The position numbers and the translations under genes were made by a program. Below the pieces are notes generated by a model. That model did no database searches. It saw only the letters and a list, made by a program, of their open reading frames with translations, and had not been told where the DNA came from. A stretch of DNA of 63,569 bases, filler included, from Actinomycetota bacterium (lineage in GTDB: Bacteria; Actinomycetota; CADDZG01; JAHWKV01; JAOPZY01), in the NCBI GenBank assembly GCA_025963875.1. It is 5 parts of 5 records of this genome, joined end to end, with 100 filler letters (N's around TTAATTAATTAA, not from the genome) between each part and the next. Parts side by side here need not be neighbours in the genome. Positions count along the whole stretch, not along the records: positions 1 to 30,733 come from JAOPZY010000251.1; positions 30,834 to 40,392 come from JAOPZY010000268.1; 3 more parts are not named here. One strand, given 5' to 3'. Position 1 is the stretch's first letter; every line of letters begins with the position of its first letter. Positions 28,183 through 37,333 of the stretch are shown here, one piece after another.

Positions 28183-29540
28183 GCCGCCCTCCGCTGCAGG
28201 GTGAGGCCGAGCCGCCGGGCCAGATCTGATTGGAGGACCCCCTGGGGATCCACCCGGTCCCGCACCGCCTTCCACTCCCCGAGGCGGGGGTACATGTGGG
28301 CGAGCAGGTCGGGGCGCAGCCGGCCGTCCTTCGCCAGGTACACCCGGCCGCCGGCGCCGGCAACCAGCTCGTCGAGGGTATCGAGGAACGCCGCGAGGCC
28401 CCCGAGGCGCGCGGGGAGGTCGAGGGCCAGGGTCCAGCCGGGCATGGGGAACGACAGTGGGCCCGGATCGGCGGGCCCGAACCGCTTGAGCACGGCGAGG
28501 AACGAGGGCAGGCGCAGCGCGGAGAGGCGCTGCAGGGTCGTTTGAACGATGTCCACGGCTGCGAGCGGCACGACGAACTGGTACTGGACGAAGCCGCCAG
28601 GGCCGTACAGGCGGTTCCACCCGCGCACCGCGTCGAGCGGGTGGAAGAAGCTCGAGATCGGCTCGATCGTCGTCGCATGGGACTTCGCCTTGCGGAACCA
28701 GCCCTCGTTGAACAACCGCACAGTGGTCCGGTTGACGAGACCCGGCACGAAGGCCGGCACGGAAAGGTGCGAGGAGGGATCGAAGCGGAGTGGATGCTGC
28801 CGTGCGGCCGCGGGGAGCTCGTCGACCCGGGCGTGGTCCCCCCGGGTGAGGACGGAGCGGCCGAGGGCCCGGCCCTGCGCCAGGCAGTCGATCCAGGCGA
28901 CGGAGTAGCGGTGGCCGGCGTCGCCCGAGGACATCCTGGCCATCACGTCGTCGAGGTCCGCCGCCCGTTCGGTGACCACCCGGACCCGGGAGGTCTCGAT
29001 GGGCAGCATGCGGAGCGTCGCCCCGAGGATGATCCCGGTCAGTCCCATGCCGCCGGCGGTGGCCCAGAAGAGATCCGGGTCATCGCTGGGCGTGACCTCG
29101 CGGGTGCCCGCCGGGGTGGCGAGCGTGAGCGACGTGACGTGGGAGGCGAAGCTGCCCTCGGCATGGTGGTTCTTGCCGTGCACGTCCGCCGCGATGGCGC
29201 CGCCAACGGACACCCACCGCGTGCCGGGTGAGACCGGTACGAACCAGCCCCGGGGCACCAGCGCCCGCAGGATGGCGTCGAGGCTCGTCCCGCCGCCGAC
29301 GGCGAGGAGCCCCGCCGCTTCGTCGCTCCAGCTCATGCGGTCGAGGGCGGCGGTGGCGACAACGGTGCCACCGGCGTTCTGGGCGGCGTCGCCGTAGCTG
29401 CGCCCGAGCCCGCGCGCGATCACGCCCCGGGAACCCGGCGACGCCAGCATGGCCGCCGCAGAGCCCGCATCGGCGGGCCTGACGACCTCGGCCGTCGTGG
29501 GCGCAGTTCGCCCCCAGCCCGTCAGGACCTCAGTGCCCAT
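28179..29540 (-). CDS. dprE1: decaprenylphosphoryl-ribose 2'-oxidase (FAD-binding)
   Basis: LTGWGRT, RGLGRSYGD, DVHGKNHH, YSVAWID, GGRVYLAKD. Confidence 0.93.
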   Translation of the reverse strand: MGTEVLTGWGRTAPTTAEVVRPADAGSAAAMLASPGSRGVIARGLGRSYGDAAQNAGGTVVATAALDRMSWSDEAAGLLAVGGGTSLDAILRALVPRGWFVPVSPGTRWVSVGGAIAADVHGKNHHAEGSFASHVTSLTLATPAGTREVTPSDDPDLFWATAGGMGLTGIILGATLRMLPIETSRVRVVTERAADLDDVMARMSSGDAGHRYSVAWIDCLAQGRALGRSVLTRGDHARVDELPAAARQHPLRFDPSSHLSVPAFVPGLVNRTTVRLFNEGWFRKAKSHATTIEPISSFFHPLDAVRGWNRLYGPGGFVQYQFVVPLAAVDIVQTTLQRLSALRLPSFLAVLKRFGPADPGPLSFPMPGWTLALDLPARLGGLAAFLDTLDELVAGAGGRVYLAKDGRLRPDLLAHMYPRLGEWKAVRDRVDPQGVLQSDLARRLGLTLQRRAA

Positions 29541-30490
29541 CAGGGCCCATAGACGCCGGCGGCGAACAAGGCAGCCCACACCGTCCCGAGCAGCAGGATG
29601 GTCCGGTCCCTCAGCACCACGTCCTCCGGCGCACCGCCGGCTCCGCCCTCCAGGAGCAGGGCGTAGCGCAAGATTGCCAGCACGAACGGCACGATCGTCA
29701 ACTCGAAGTACACGTGGCCGCGGGGGGCGAGGGATGCCTTCTCGAAGGCCCAGAAGCAGTACGCGGTGATGGCGATGCCGGCCGACGTCCCGCGGATGAA
29801 GCGGAGGAACTGCTGGGAGTAGGCGCCCAGCGCCCCCCGGTGGCCGATGCCCCCGAGCTCCAGCTCGCGGTGGTCGGCCTGGCGCTTGCCGGCGACCATG
29901 AACAGCGACCCGAACGAGGCGACGATGAGGAACCAGTTGGACAGCGGCACCCCCACCGCCAGCCCTCCGGCGATCGCCCGGATGAGGAAGCCGGACGCCA
30001 CCGCGGCGAGGTCGAGGATGGGCTCGCGCTTGAGCCAGACGCTGTAGGCGAGGTTGATCCCGGCATAGACGCCGACGGCCAGGGCGAACTCCCCGCCCAG
30101 GAGGGCAGCCCCCAGCCCGATGGACCCGGCCAGCAGCAGCGCGGCTGCCACCGCGGCGGTCCGGGGGCCGACCACGCCCGCCGCCACCGGCCGGTGACGC
30201 TTGTCCGGATGGAGGCGGTCCACCTCGCGGTCGAGGGCATCGTTCATGAAGTACGTGCCACTGGCGGCGAGGCAGAAGATGGCGAAGGCGATGAGGCTGC
30301 GGCCCAGCGCCGTGCCGTGCGTCAGGACCCCCGCGGCGCCGGGCGCTGCGAAGACGAGGAGGTTCTTGATCCACTGGCGAGGGCGCGCCGTCCTGACGAG
30401 TCCGGCGGCGAGCCCCATCGGGGGGGCCGCAGCTGCGCTGTCGGAATCGGGAACGGGCTCTGGGCGGGGCCGCGGCTCGGCCTCGGTCAT
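29540..30490 (-). CDS. ubiA: decaprenyl-phosphate phosphoribosyltransferase (UbiA family)
   Basis: RPRQWIKN, YFMND..D...DRLHP.KRHRPVAAG; operonic with dprE1/E2. Confidence 0.92.
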   Translation of the reverse strand: MTEAEPRPRPEPVPDSDSAAAAPPMGLAAGLVRTARPRQWIKNLLVFAAPGAAGVLTHGTALGRSLIAFAIFCLAASGTYFMNDALDREVDRLHPDKRHRPVAAGVVGPRTAAVAAALLLAGSIGLGAALLGGEFALAVGVYAGINLAYSVWLKREPILDLAAVASGFLIRAIAGGLAVGVPLSNWFLIVASFGSLFMVAGKRQADHRELELGGIGHRGALGAYSQQFLRFIRGTSAGIAITAYCFWAFEKASLAPRGHVYFELTIVPFVLAILRYALLLEGGAGGAPEDVVLRDRTILLLGTVWAALFAAGVYGP

Positions 30491-30500
30491 GCCCGAGCAC

Positions 30501-30525
30501 CGAGGCGCCCCTCAAGGCGCCGGAT
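30501..30525 (-). repeat. family A copy (reverse orientation, 10 bp upstream of the ubiA start)
   Basis: CGAGGCGCCCCTCAAGGCGCCGGAT. Confidence 0.92.
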
Positions 30526-30733
30526 AAGAACGTTGCTGGGTCTTCCTACCATTGCCAAACCTTCCGTGAGCCGTTCGTCCGAGGAATCCCCTACCGGCGC
30601 CCAAGGAACCGGAGGGCGAAGGGCGTAACGCTAACGTACCCGGACGCGTCGGTGTGGTTTCCGGTCTCAACCACATCATCCATTTCGACTCTGAGCGCGG
30701 GCTGAACGTTGCTGCGCTTGTGGAAAATCGCGC

Positions 30734-30833
30734 NNNNNNNNNNNNNNNNNNNNNNNNNNNNNNNNNNNNNNNNNNNNTTAATTAATTAANNNNNNNNNNN
30801 NNNNNNNNNNNNNNNNNNNNNNNNNNNNNNNNN
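30734..30833. other. artificial contig-join spacer
   Basis: N44-TTAATTAATTAA-N44, stop codons in all frames. Confidence 0.97.
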
Positions 30834-31507
30834 GGGACGGCGGCGACCACGACGAACGAGGACACCAGCTTGGGGTGGGCGCAGACGATGTCGTAGGCCA
30901 TCCGGCCGCCGTTGCTGTACCCGACCAGGTAGACGGCGCTGACGTCGGGCCGGCTGCCGACACTGCGGATGAGATTGGTGACGAACGAGACGTCGTCCAC
31001 CCCGGCGAGCTGCGCCGGGCCGCAGCAGGCGCCGGCGTTCCAGGACTGCCCGTAGCCGCTGGGGTAGACAACGAGGGCCTTGCCCTGCTTGGCGAGCTGG
31101 ATCAGCCCGTCCCGGCTCTCCTCGACGGTCACCGACGATTTGCGGCCGTGCAGGACGACCAGCGCCGGGAGCCGTCCGGTCGCTCCCGCAGGCGGGGAGA
31201 AGACGTCGTAGGTCCGGACCATGCCCCCCACCGTCACGCTGGACGTCACCGGCGTGATGCCGTCCGGCAGGACCGGGGTCGGAGGCCGCACCGGGCCGCG
31301 GCCGATGCCTGCCCCCGTCGCGAGCTGCTTGGCGGGCACGGCGGCGCCGGGGTGCGTGGCCACGGCGTGCCGGGCGGGGACCTCCTGGCCGAAGACGCCG
31401 CCGGCGAGGTCGAGGTCGGGCAGGCCGCGGGAGGCCGACACCAGTGCGGCGGCAAGGAAGACGGCAAGGAAAAGACCTCCCACGACGAGCGTGCGCCGGC
31501 GTCTCAA
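30834..31507 (-). CDS. secreted or anchored alpha/beta-hydrolase esterase (PHB depolymerase/LpqP-like), 3' truncated by gap
   Basis: signal or TM segment, LVVLHG, SWNAGACCG, VDDV.F, GYSNGG nucleophile elbow; TTGA overlap with VOC stop. Confidence 0.85.
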
Positions 31508-31902
31508 TACATCATCCGGGGGTCGAGGTAGTGCTTGAACTCGACGAGGTTGTTCGAGGGGTCGACGAGCACGAAGGTCGAGTGCTCCTCGACCAGGCCG
31601 TCGAAACGCTGCGACGGCTCGGCGAAGAATGTGGCACCGCGGACTCGGGCGAGGCGTACGAGGGCGTCGAAATCCTCCCGGCGCCGGAACGTGATGCCGA
31701 AGTGGCGGGGGTACATCTCGGGGTGCTCCTCGATCCGGTCGGACAGGTGGCACACAAGCTGATCACCGAAGAAGTCGAGCGTGATGCGGTCGGCGTAGCG
31801 GCGCGCCAGTTTGCAACCAAGGAGCTTGACGTAGAACGCTTCGGCTTCGTCGAGATCTCGGGCAGGGATTGCAAGGTGAAAGGCGTCGTCGCTGGTTCGC
31901 AC
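31504..31902 (-). CDS. VOC (glyoxalase/bleomycin-resistance/dioxygenase) family protein
   Basis: FHLAIP..DL...FY...LGC, PRHFG, DPSNNLVEFK with H/H/E metal ligands. Confidence 0.9.
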   Translation of the reverse strand: MRTSDDAFHLAIPARDLDEAEAFYVKLLGCKLARRYADRITLDFFGDQLVCHLSDRIEEHPEMYPRHFGITFRRREDFDALVRLARVRGATFFAEPSQRFDGLVEEHSTFVLVDPSNNLVEFKHYLDPRMMY

Positions 31903-31963
31903 GGTTGTCGTATCGGCTCAGAATGGCTTCAACTGGATCCCCCGAACAGGGTCACGACGTAGC

Positions 31964-32722
31964 TCACAAGAGTAGCGTGTCGGACCGCAACCCGAGGCGG
32001 AGGGTCTCGAGCGCCAGGACATCGCCCGGGGCGATGTTCCCGAGGTTGACGTTGGTCCCCACCCGGCGCACGAACCAGGTCTGCAGGTCCTTGGTGGGCG
32101 CCTCGAACACCATTCGCTCGACGTCCGGGACTGCGGTGAGGATGCCCTCGACCAACTCCCGGCGGAGCCCCCCGTCGGGATGGCAGATCCCGCTGCGACC
32201 GCTCTCGCGGGCCTCGGCCACCACGTACGAGGCGCCCGCTTCGAAGTCCTGGTGGATGAACGCCAGCCAGTCCTCGACCGTCTGGGTCTCCGATCGGGCC
32301 GAGTCCTTGCAACCCACCTCGGAGAAGACGGCGAACTCGCCGGCGAGCTTCTCGACGTAGCGCGCCTTCTCGTCGTTGGGCAGTTCCACCGTGCCATTGG
32401 AGACTTCGACGTACCGGCACCCCCAATGGTGGCAGTAGGCGCGGAAGTCGTCGAAGGCGCTACGGGAGAGGAACTTCTCGAACAGGGTCCCGCCGAAGAA
32501 GAAGGGGATCTCCAGCTCCCGGAGCGTCGCCAGCTTGTCGGCGAGCTGGTGGGTCACCAGCGACGTCCCCCAGCCGAACTTGACGTAGTCGACGAGCTGC
32601 GACGTGCTCTCGAGGTAGTCCCGGAAGAGCCCTTTGGGCAGGCCGTTGTCGATGATCGTGGTGAGCCCGGCCTGCCGGGGCTTGGGCGGCCGCTCCGGCA
32701 GGCGGAGCGAGTGCGGGATCAT
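31964..32722 (-). CDS. comA: phosphosulfolactate synthase
   Basis: KPR..GLT..ID.G, DYVKFGWGT, GGTLFE, VEVSNG, SEVG.KD, EARESG, FEAP, NVNLGNI, LETLRLGLRSDT. Confidence 0.95.
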   Translation of the reverse strand: MIPHSLRLPERPPKPRQAGLTTIIDNGLPKGLFRDYLESTSQLVDYVKFGWGTSLVTHQLADKLATLRELEIPFFFGGTLFEKFLSRSAFDDFRAYCHHWGCRYVEVSNGTVELPNDEKARYVEKLAGEFAVFSEVGCKDSARSETQTVEDWLAFIHQDFEAGASYVVAEARESGRSGICHPDGGLRRELVEGILTAVPDVERMVFEAPTKDLQTWFVRRVGTNVNLGNIAPGDVLALETLRLGLRSDTLLL

Positions 32723-33939
32723 GCGGCACTCCCGTGATGCCGGAGGAGCTGGTGCCTCAGGCGGGGGCGGCCCGCGACCACGAGACTCGCCGGCGTGCGC
32801 CGCGTCCAGCCCACGAGGGCCACCGAGGCGGCCAGGAGCAACGGGACGACCACCAGGAGATCCAGCGGCAGGACCACCACGGACGGGATCGCACCGGCGA
32901 CCGTGCGGGAGGCCAGCGGGGCTGCGACGATCAGGAGGCCTTGCAGCAGCAGGGGGTGGGCCAGATACACGCCGAAGGTGGCGTCGGACGCGGCGCGGAC
33001 GGCCCGGCGAAACCGCCGCTCGGGCCCCCGGTCCGCCCACCGGACGCCGAGGGCGAAGAGGCCCAGCACCGAGGCGGCCGTCGTGACGGCGATCATCGGC
33101 TGGAACACCTCGCCCGCAGCCGCCGCGTCCATGCCGGCGGCGACGTGGTCGAACAGGTAGCTCCCCAGCCCGGCGGCCAGGCCGCCCGCAACAAGGAGGT
33201 GCACCGCACGCCGGTGGGTGCGGACCCAGGCTGCCAGCTCCTCGAGGTGGAACGCGGCGATGCCGCCGGCCACCAGGTAGAGCTGGTAGCTGAACACCAG
33301 GGGGTCGGGATGCCGCAGCCAGACGCCGAGGAGCCCGGGTGCATGGAGGGGAGCGTCCCGGAAGTAGTGCAACGTCGCGGTGAACACCGTCTGCACCGCC
33401 ACGCTCGCCGCCAGGAGGAGCCCGTGATGCCGGCGGGTGGCCCGCAGCAGCCACAGCAGGAGGGGGAACGCCGCGTAGATCTCCATCGTGACGAGCAGGA
33501 AGTACAGGTGGTACCGGGCCGTGCCCGTCAGCAGGTCCTCGAGCAGCCGGTGGGCCGGGGCACTCCATGGGCGGTACGGGCCTCCGTCGGCGACGAAGTA
33601 CAGGACGCTCCAGGCAAGGTACGGCACCCCGACGAACAGGTAGCGCCTCCTCCAGAACGATGTGAGCGACCAGCCGTGGCGGCTGCCGTAGCTGTAGCAG
33701 AGGACGAAGGCCGTCAGGAAGAAGAACACCTCGCGGTTGACGTGGAGGAGGGCGTTCGCGGCGCCGACCACGACATCCTGTGGGTCGGTTGTGTAGGCCA
33801 CGACATGCACCGCGATGACGCCGGCGATCATCGCCACCCGGACAAGGTCAACGGCGTCGAGATGGGGACGGCGGGCCGGCGCGGGTACGGCCTGGTCCAG
33901 AGCGCCGGAGGCGGTGCTCGGCGCGGCAACGGCGCTCAT
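32719..33939 (-). CDS. membrane acyltransferase family 3 (OafA/IcaC-like)
   Basis: DLVR..MIAGVIAVH, FFFLTAFVL, FWRRR...VGVPYLAWS, YHLYFL, TFGVYLAHP; about 10 TM helices. Confidence 0.9.
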   Translation of the reverse strand: MSAVAAPSTASGALDQAVPAPARRPHLDAVDLVRVAMIAGVIAVHVVAYTTDPQDVVVGAANALLHVNREVFFFLTAFVLCYSYGSRHGWSLTSFWRRRYLFVGVPYLAWSVLYFVADGGPYRPWSAPAHRLLEDLLTGTARYHLYFLLVTMEIYAAFPLLLWLLRATRRHHGLLLAASVAVQTVFTATLHYFRDAPLHAPGLLGVWLRHPDPLVFSYQLYLVAGGIAAFHLEELAAWVRTHRRAVHLLVAGGLAAGLGSYLFDHVAAGMDAAAAGEVFQPMIAVTTAASVLGLFALGVRWADRGPERRFRRAVRAASDATFGVYLAHPLLLQGLLIVAAPLASRTVAGAIPSVVVLPLDLLVVVPLLLAASVALVGWTRRTPASLVVAGRPRLRHQLLRHHGSAA

Positions 33940-35315
33940 GAGGTTGCCAGCTCCCGCAGCGCGTCTCGCCGGACCTTGCCGGTCGGCGTGAAGGGGAGGC
34001 TGTCGGCCAGGTGGATCCGGGCCGGGCGCTGGTGGCGGCTCAGCTCGCGTTCGCAGAGCTGAAGGAGCTGCGTTGCGAGGTGGGCGGGGGTCCCATCTCG
34101 GGGCACGACGAACGCAACGGGGACCTCGCCCAGCACCGGGTCGGGCACCCCCACGACGGCCGCCTCGGCGACGCCGGGGTGGCCCCGCAGCACCTCCTCG
34201 ACCACCCGCGGGTACACCTTCTCCCCGCCGCGGTTGATGACGCCGTCGATCCGGCCGAGGAGGTAGAGGAAGCCCTCGTCGTCGCGGTAGCCGACGTCGT
34301 CGGTGCGGAACCATCCGCCGGCGCCGGCTGCGGGGGCCCGGGAGGGCGGGGCGCCGGGGACGAGGTAGTGGTCGACGACGGTCGGGCCGAGGATCTCGAC
34401 GAGCCCGGCGGCACCGGCGGCAAGCGGCGCCCCGTCGTCGCCGATCAGCCGCACCTCGAGGCCGACCGGTTGCCCGACGGATCCGGGGCGACGGGCGGCG
34501 GGGTCCAGCGGGTTGGCACAGATCTGCCCGGCCGCCTCGGTCATCCCGTAGGTCTCGAGGACGCCGATGCCGCATCGCTCCTCGAACCGGCGCAACGTGG
34601 CGGGCGGCAAGGGCGCCGACGCTGAGCGGGCAAAGCGGATCCTGGCTGCCACGGCCGGGGGCGGCGGTGGCTCCTGGGCGAGGATGGCGAGGATGGCCGG
34701 GACCGCATTGAGGACGGTCACGCCGCAGCGGTCCATCACGTCCCAGAACCCCGTGCGGTGGAACCGGTCGTCGACCGCCAGCGTCGCCCCCGACACCAGC
34801 GCGGCCAGCACCCCGACCACCTGGGCGTTGATGTGGAAGAGCGGCAGCGGGCTGTAGACGGTGTCACCGGGAGAGAACCGGTGGTGGCGGGCCACGAGGC
34901 TGGCGGCGTGCAGGAGGCGCGCCTCGCCCAGCGGCACCCCCTTCGGCGTGCCGGTCGTACCGGAGGTTCTGAGGACGACGGTGCCCGGCTCCGCCCAGCC
35001 AACCGGAGCGGGCCCCCCGATGTCGAAGCCATCCACGGCGGCAGCCACATCGGCCTCCGGCGCATCGGGAGCCATCGGGAACACGACGGCGCCCGCGGCG
35101 AGGAGGCCGAGGTACGCCGTGATGAACTCAAGCGGCCGCTCCTGCCTGAGCAGCACCGCCCTCCCGGCAATATCGCTGCGCCCGGTCCAGCCCGCGAGCA
35201 GCCCTGCGAGAGCGCCCCAGGTGATGGTGTGGCCGGTCCTGCCCTCGACCAGGGCGGCATCCGACGAGGCACGCTCGGCGTGCTCGGCGACCAGTGCCGC
35301 TATGCGCCTCGGCAT
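33936..35315 (-). CDS. AMP-binding acyl-CoA ligase
   Basis: TSGTTGTPKG, LPLFH, RSASAPL, ETYGMTE, GWFRTDD, INRGGEK, TPTGKV; AGGAGG RBS. Confidence 0.93.
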   Translation of the reverse strand: MPRRIAALVAEHAERASSDAALVEGRTGHTITWGALAGLLAGWTGRSDIAGRAVLLRQERPLEFITAYLGLLAAGAVVFPMAPDAPEADVAAAVDGFDIGGPAPVGWAEPGTVVLRTSGTTGTPKGVPLGEARLLHAASLVARHHRFSPGDTVYSPLPLFHINAQVVGVLAALVSGATLAVDDRFHRTGFWDVMDRCGVTVLNAVPAILAILAQEPPPPPAVAARIRFARSASAPLPPATLRRFEERCGIGVLETYGMTEAAGQICANPLDPAARRPGSVGQPVGLEVRLIGDDGAPLAAGAAGLVEILGPTVVDHYLVPGAPPSRAPAAGAGGWFRTDDVGYRDDEGFLYLLGRIDGVINRGGEKVYPRVVEEVLRGHPGVAEAAVVGVPDPVLGEVPVAFVVPRDGTPAHLATQLLQLCERELSRHQRPARIHLADSLPFTPTGKVRRDALRELATS

Positions 35316-35439
35316 CGACGGCAACCTCCTGGAGCAACGTTGGACAGGAACGTTTCTGGGAAGCAGCTTGAAGGCTGAACATGGACGGAATCTGTCCGCC
35401 AATTGTGTCCCCCCTGTTAGCAACCCCCGGGCGCGACCG

Positions 35440-36234
35440 TTACGACCAGATCGTGACCGGTCGGGCCTGCAGCTCGCCGTCCACGGTGATGTCCACCTTC
35501 TCGTTGTAGAAGCTCACCATGTTCTCGATCTTGGGGCACTCGGGGATGGGGAACGGGTAGCCCCAGAGGATGTCTCTGGGCCCGTCCCGCATCGTCCAGT
35601 AGACGGCGATCCCCTTGTAGGGGCACTGGCTCGTCGTGCGGGACGGCTGCATGAGGTCCATCCGGACATCAGGCTTCGGCAGGTAGTAGCGGGTGGGCAG
35701 TCCGGTCTCGAACAGCAGGCACGGCCGGGAACTCTCCGCAACGACCTGGCCGCCAATCTCCACCCGGACATGGCGGGAACTGCGCAGCACGTCGACTCGG
35801 TGGTACGGGTCACGAGGGTGGACGTAGACCTCGTCGTCCTCCTCGTACCAGGAGTCCATCTCCTTCCAGTAGAAGGCGACGTGGTCCTTCAGCGCCTCCA
35901 GGCCCGGCCCGGGATCGGGGTAGGTCCAGGCTGCCTTCTCCGCACGTCGCTCCCCGACCACGACGTCGAAGCGGGTGGCCCGGGAGGGCGTCGACCCCGT
36001 ATGGCCCGCGGGCCAGAGGTACCCCGCCGACACGTCCGCCTGGGGAAACCAGTAGACGGGCAGCCGCTTCGGTTCGAACGCGAGCAGGGCGTTGCGGGAG
36101 TCGGCGACCGCAACGCCGTTGAAGTACACCCGCACGCGTCTCGGCGACGGTTCCACCCAGGGGCCGTCGACGATGCGCCGGCGTGGCGGCTCCACGATCT
36201 CCTTCTCCTCGATCCGCTCCGCCATCGCGCTCAC
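35440..36234 (-). CDS. DUF427 tandem-domain protein
   Basis: AAWTY, WYEED, HPRDPYHRVD, LFETGLPTRYY, CPYKG. Confidence 0.92.
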   Translation of the reverse strand: MSAMAERIEEKEIVEPPRRRIVDGPWVEPSPRRVRVYFNGVAVADSRNALLAFEPKRLPVYWFPQADVSAGYLWPAGHTGSTPSRATRFDVVVGERRAEKAAWTYPDPGPGLEALKDHVAFYWKEMDSWYEEDDEVYVHPRDPYHRVDVLRSSRHVRVEIGGQVVAESSRPCLLFETGLPTRYYLPKPDVRMDLMQPSRTTSQCPYKGIAVYWTMRDGPRDILWGYPFPIPECPKIENMVSFYNEKVDITVDGELQARPVTIWS

Positions 36235-36773
36235 ACCTCCTCGAAGAACACGGTCAGGTTGCCGGCGAAGGGCGCCAGCGTGTCCTGCAGCCCCCGGACG
36301 ATCTGGCGGAGGTGGAGCAGGTCGTGGCAGGCCCAGTAGTGGATGAGGTCCCGGGCGGCGAAGATCCCGGCCCGGTCGTGCTCGCCTTCGCTGTCGAGCG
36401 CGCCGGCGGGCAGCGACCGCAGCCAGGCGACGTCACGTGCACGCCGCTGCTCGAGCTCGGCGAGGAGGTTCTCGACGGTACGGGCCGCATAGCCCCCTTC
36501 CACGAGGCGCGCGGGGGGATCGATGGAGCGGATGTAGGGCCGCTCGCCGTTCACGCCGGCGTCCACCAGGCGGCGCACGCGGTCCATGAAGGCGATGTCC
36601 TCGACGTCGACCAGGTGCTCGGCCACCTGCCGCGGCCCCCAGCCTTCGCCCCCGGTGGGGCCACCTTCGAGGACCGGCGCGTCCAGAGCATCGACCAGGC
36701 CTCGGAGCACTGTTGGTGTACGGCCGATGATCGTCAGGGCGGCCTCCAGGCTGGCGAAGGGGGCTTCGGGCAC
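36231..36773 (-). CDS. DinB family protein
   Basis: WGPRQVAEHL..E, HDLLHLRQI metal triad. Confidence 0.88.
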   Translation of the reverse strand: MPEAPFASLEAALTIIGRTPTVLRGLVDALDAPVLEGGPTGGEGWGPRQVAEHLVDVEDIAFMDRVRRLVDAGVNGERPYIRSIDPPARLVEGGYAARTVENLLAELEQRRARDVAWLRSLPAGALDSEGEHDRAGIFAARDLIHYWACHDLLHLRQIVRGLQDTLAPFAGNLTVFFEEV

Positions 36774-36835
36774 GGACCCAAGGTAACGCAACCGGGATGC
36801 ATGCGGCGAGCCGTTGCGGCATGATGCTCCCTGCA

Positions 36836-37282
36836 ATGGCGCAGGTGACGCAGAAACCCCAGGGGTCCCCGGAGTGTGGGTTCATGAAAGCGCTCGAAGA
36901 CCCCGACGCCCTCCTACTCCACCAGGTCCACCCGGTCAAGCTGGCGGCGGACGCCGGGGCGGCAGCTGTCTCCCTCTGGCTCCTGTGGCGGGGCCGCACG
37001 AAAAGCGGCATTGCCGTCCACTACCTGATTCCCCTGGTCGCTTCCGCCTTCGTCCTCACCCGGGACGTCTCGTACCTCAGGGCCACGGGCCGGGGCCGCT
37101 ACGTGCTCGAGCACATGCCGCCTCCGGCGCAAGGGGTGCGGGCGCTGGGCGACACCCTGATGGTGCGGGGTGCCCGGAAGCACCAGACGAGGTGGATCGT
37201 CGCCGGGGCGCTCGGCGTCGCGGCCGGGTGGGCCTACGGCCTGGTGCCCCGGCCCAACCGGAGTTCAAGCTCGCCGTTCTAG
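36836..37282 (+). CDS. hypothetical membrane protein
   Basis: HQVHPVKLAAD followed by hydrophobic helices; start uncertain (36836 or 36884). Confidence 0.7.
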   Translation: MAQVTQKPQGSPECGFMKALEDPDALLLHQVHPVKLAADAGAAAVSLWLLWRGRTKSGIAVHYLIPLVASAFVLTRDVSYLRATGRGRYVLEHMPPPAQGVRALGDTLMVRGARKHQTRWIVAGALGVAAGWAYGLVPRPNRSSSSPF

Positions 37283-37333
37283 ACTGGGCGACCTGCCGGA
37301 ACACCGACCGATCATCGAAGAAGGAGAGGCCCT

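Noticed and set aside
31964..32722. comA as evidence for coenzyme M biosynthesis
   Set aside because: No comB/C/D/E or xcb-type partner genes or alkene-metabolism genes are visible; its coupling is to an acyltransferase instead, though the contig is incomplete
18606..35315. Functional linkage of the sulfite-oxidase-family gene or the dprE cluster with the comA operon
   Set aside because: They are on different contigs separated by an artificial spacer, so proximity is uninformative
35384..35393. GACGGAATCT match to the family C arm upstream of the CoA ligase
   Set aside because: Only 10 bp and no partner arm; compatible with chance
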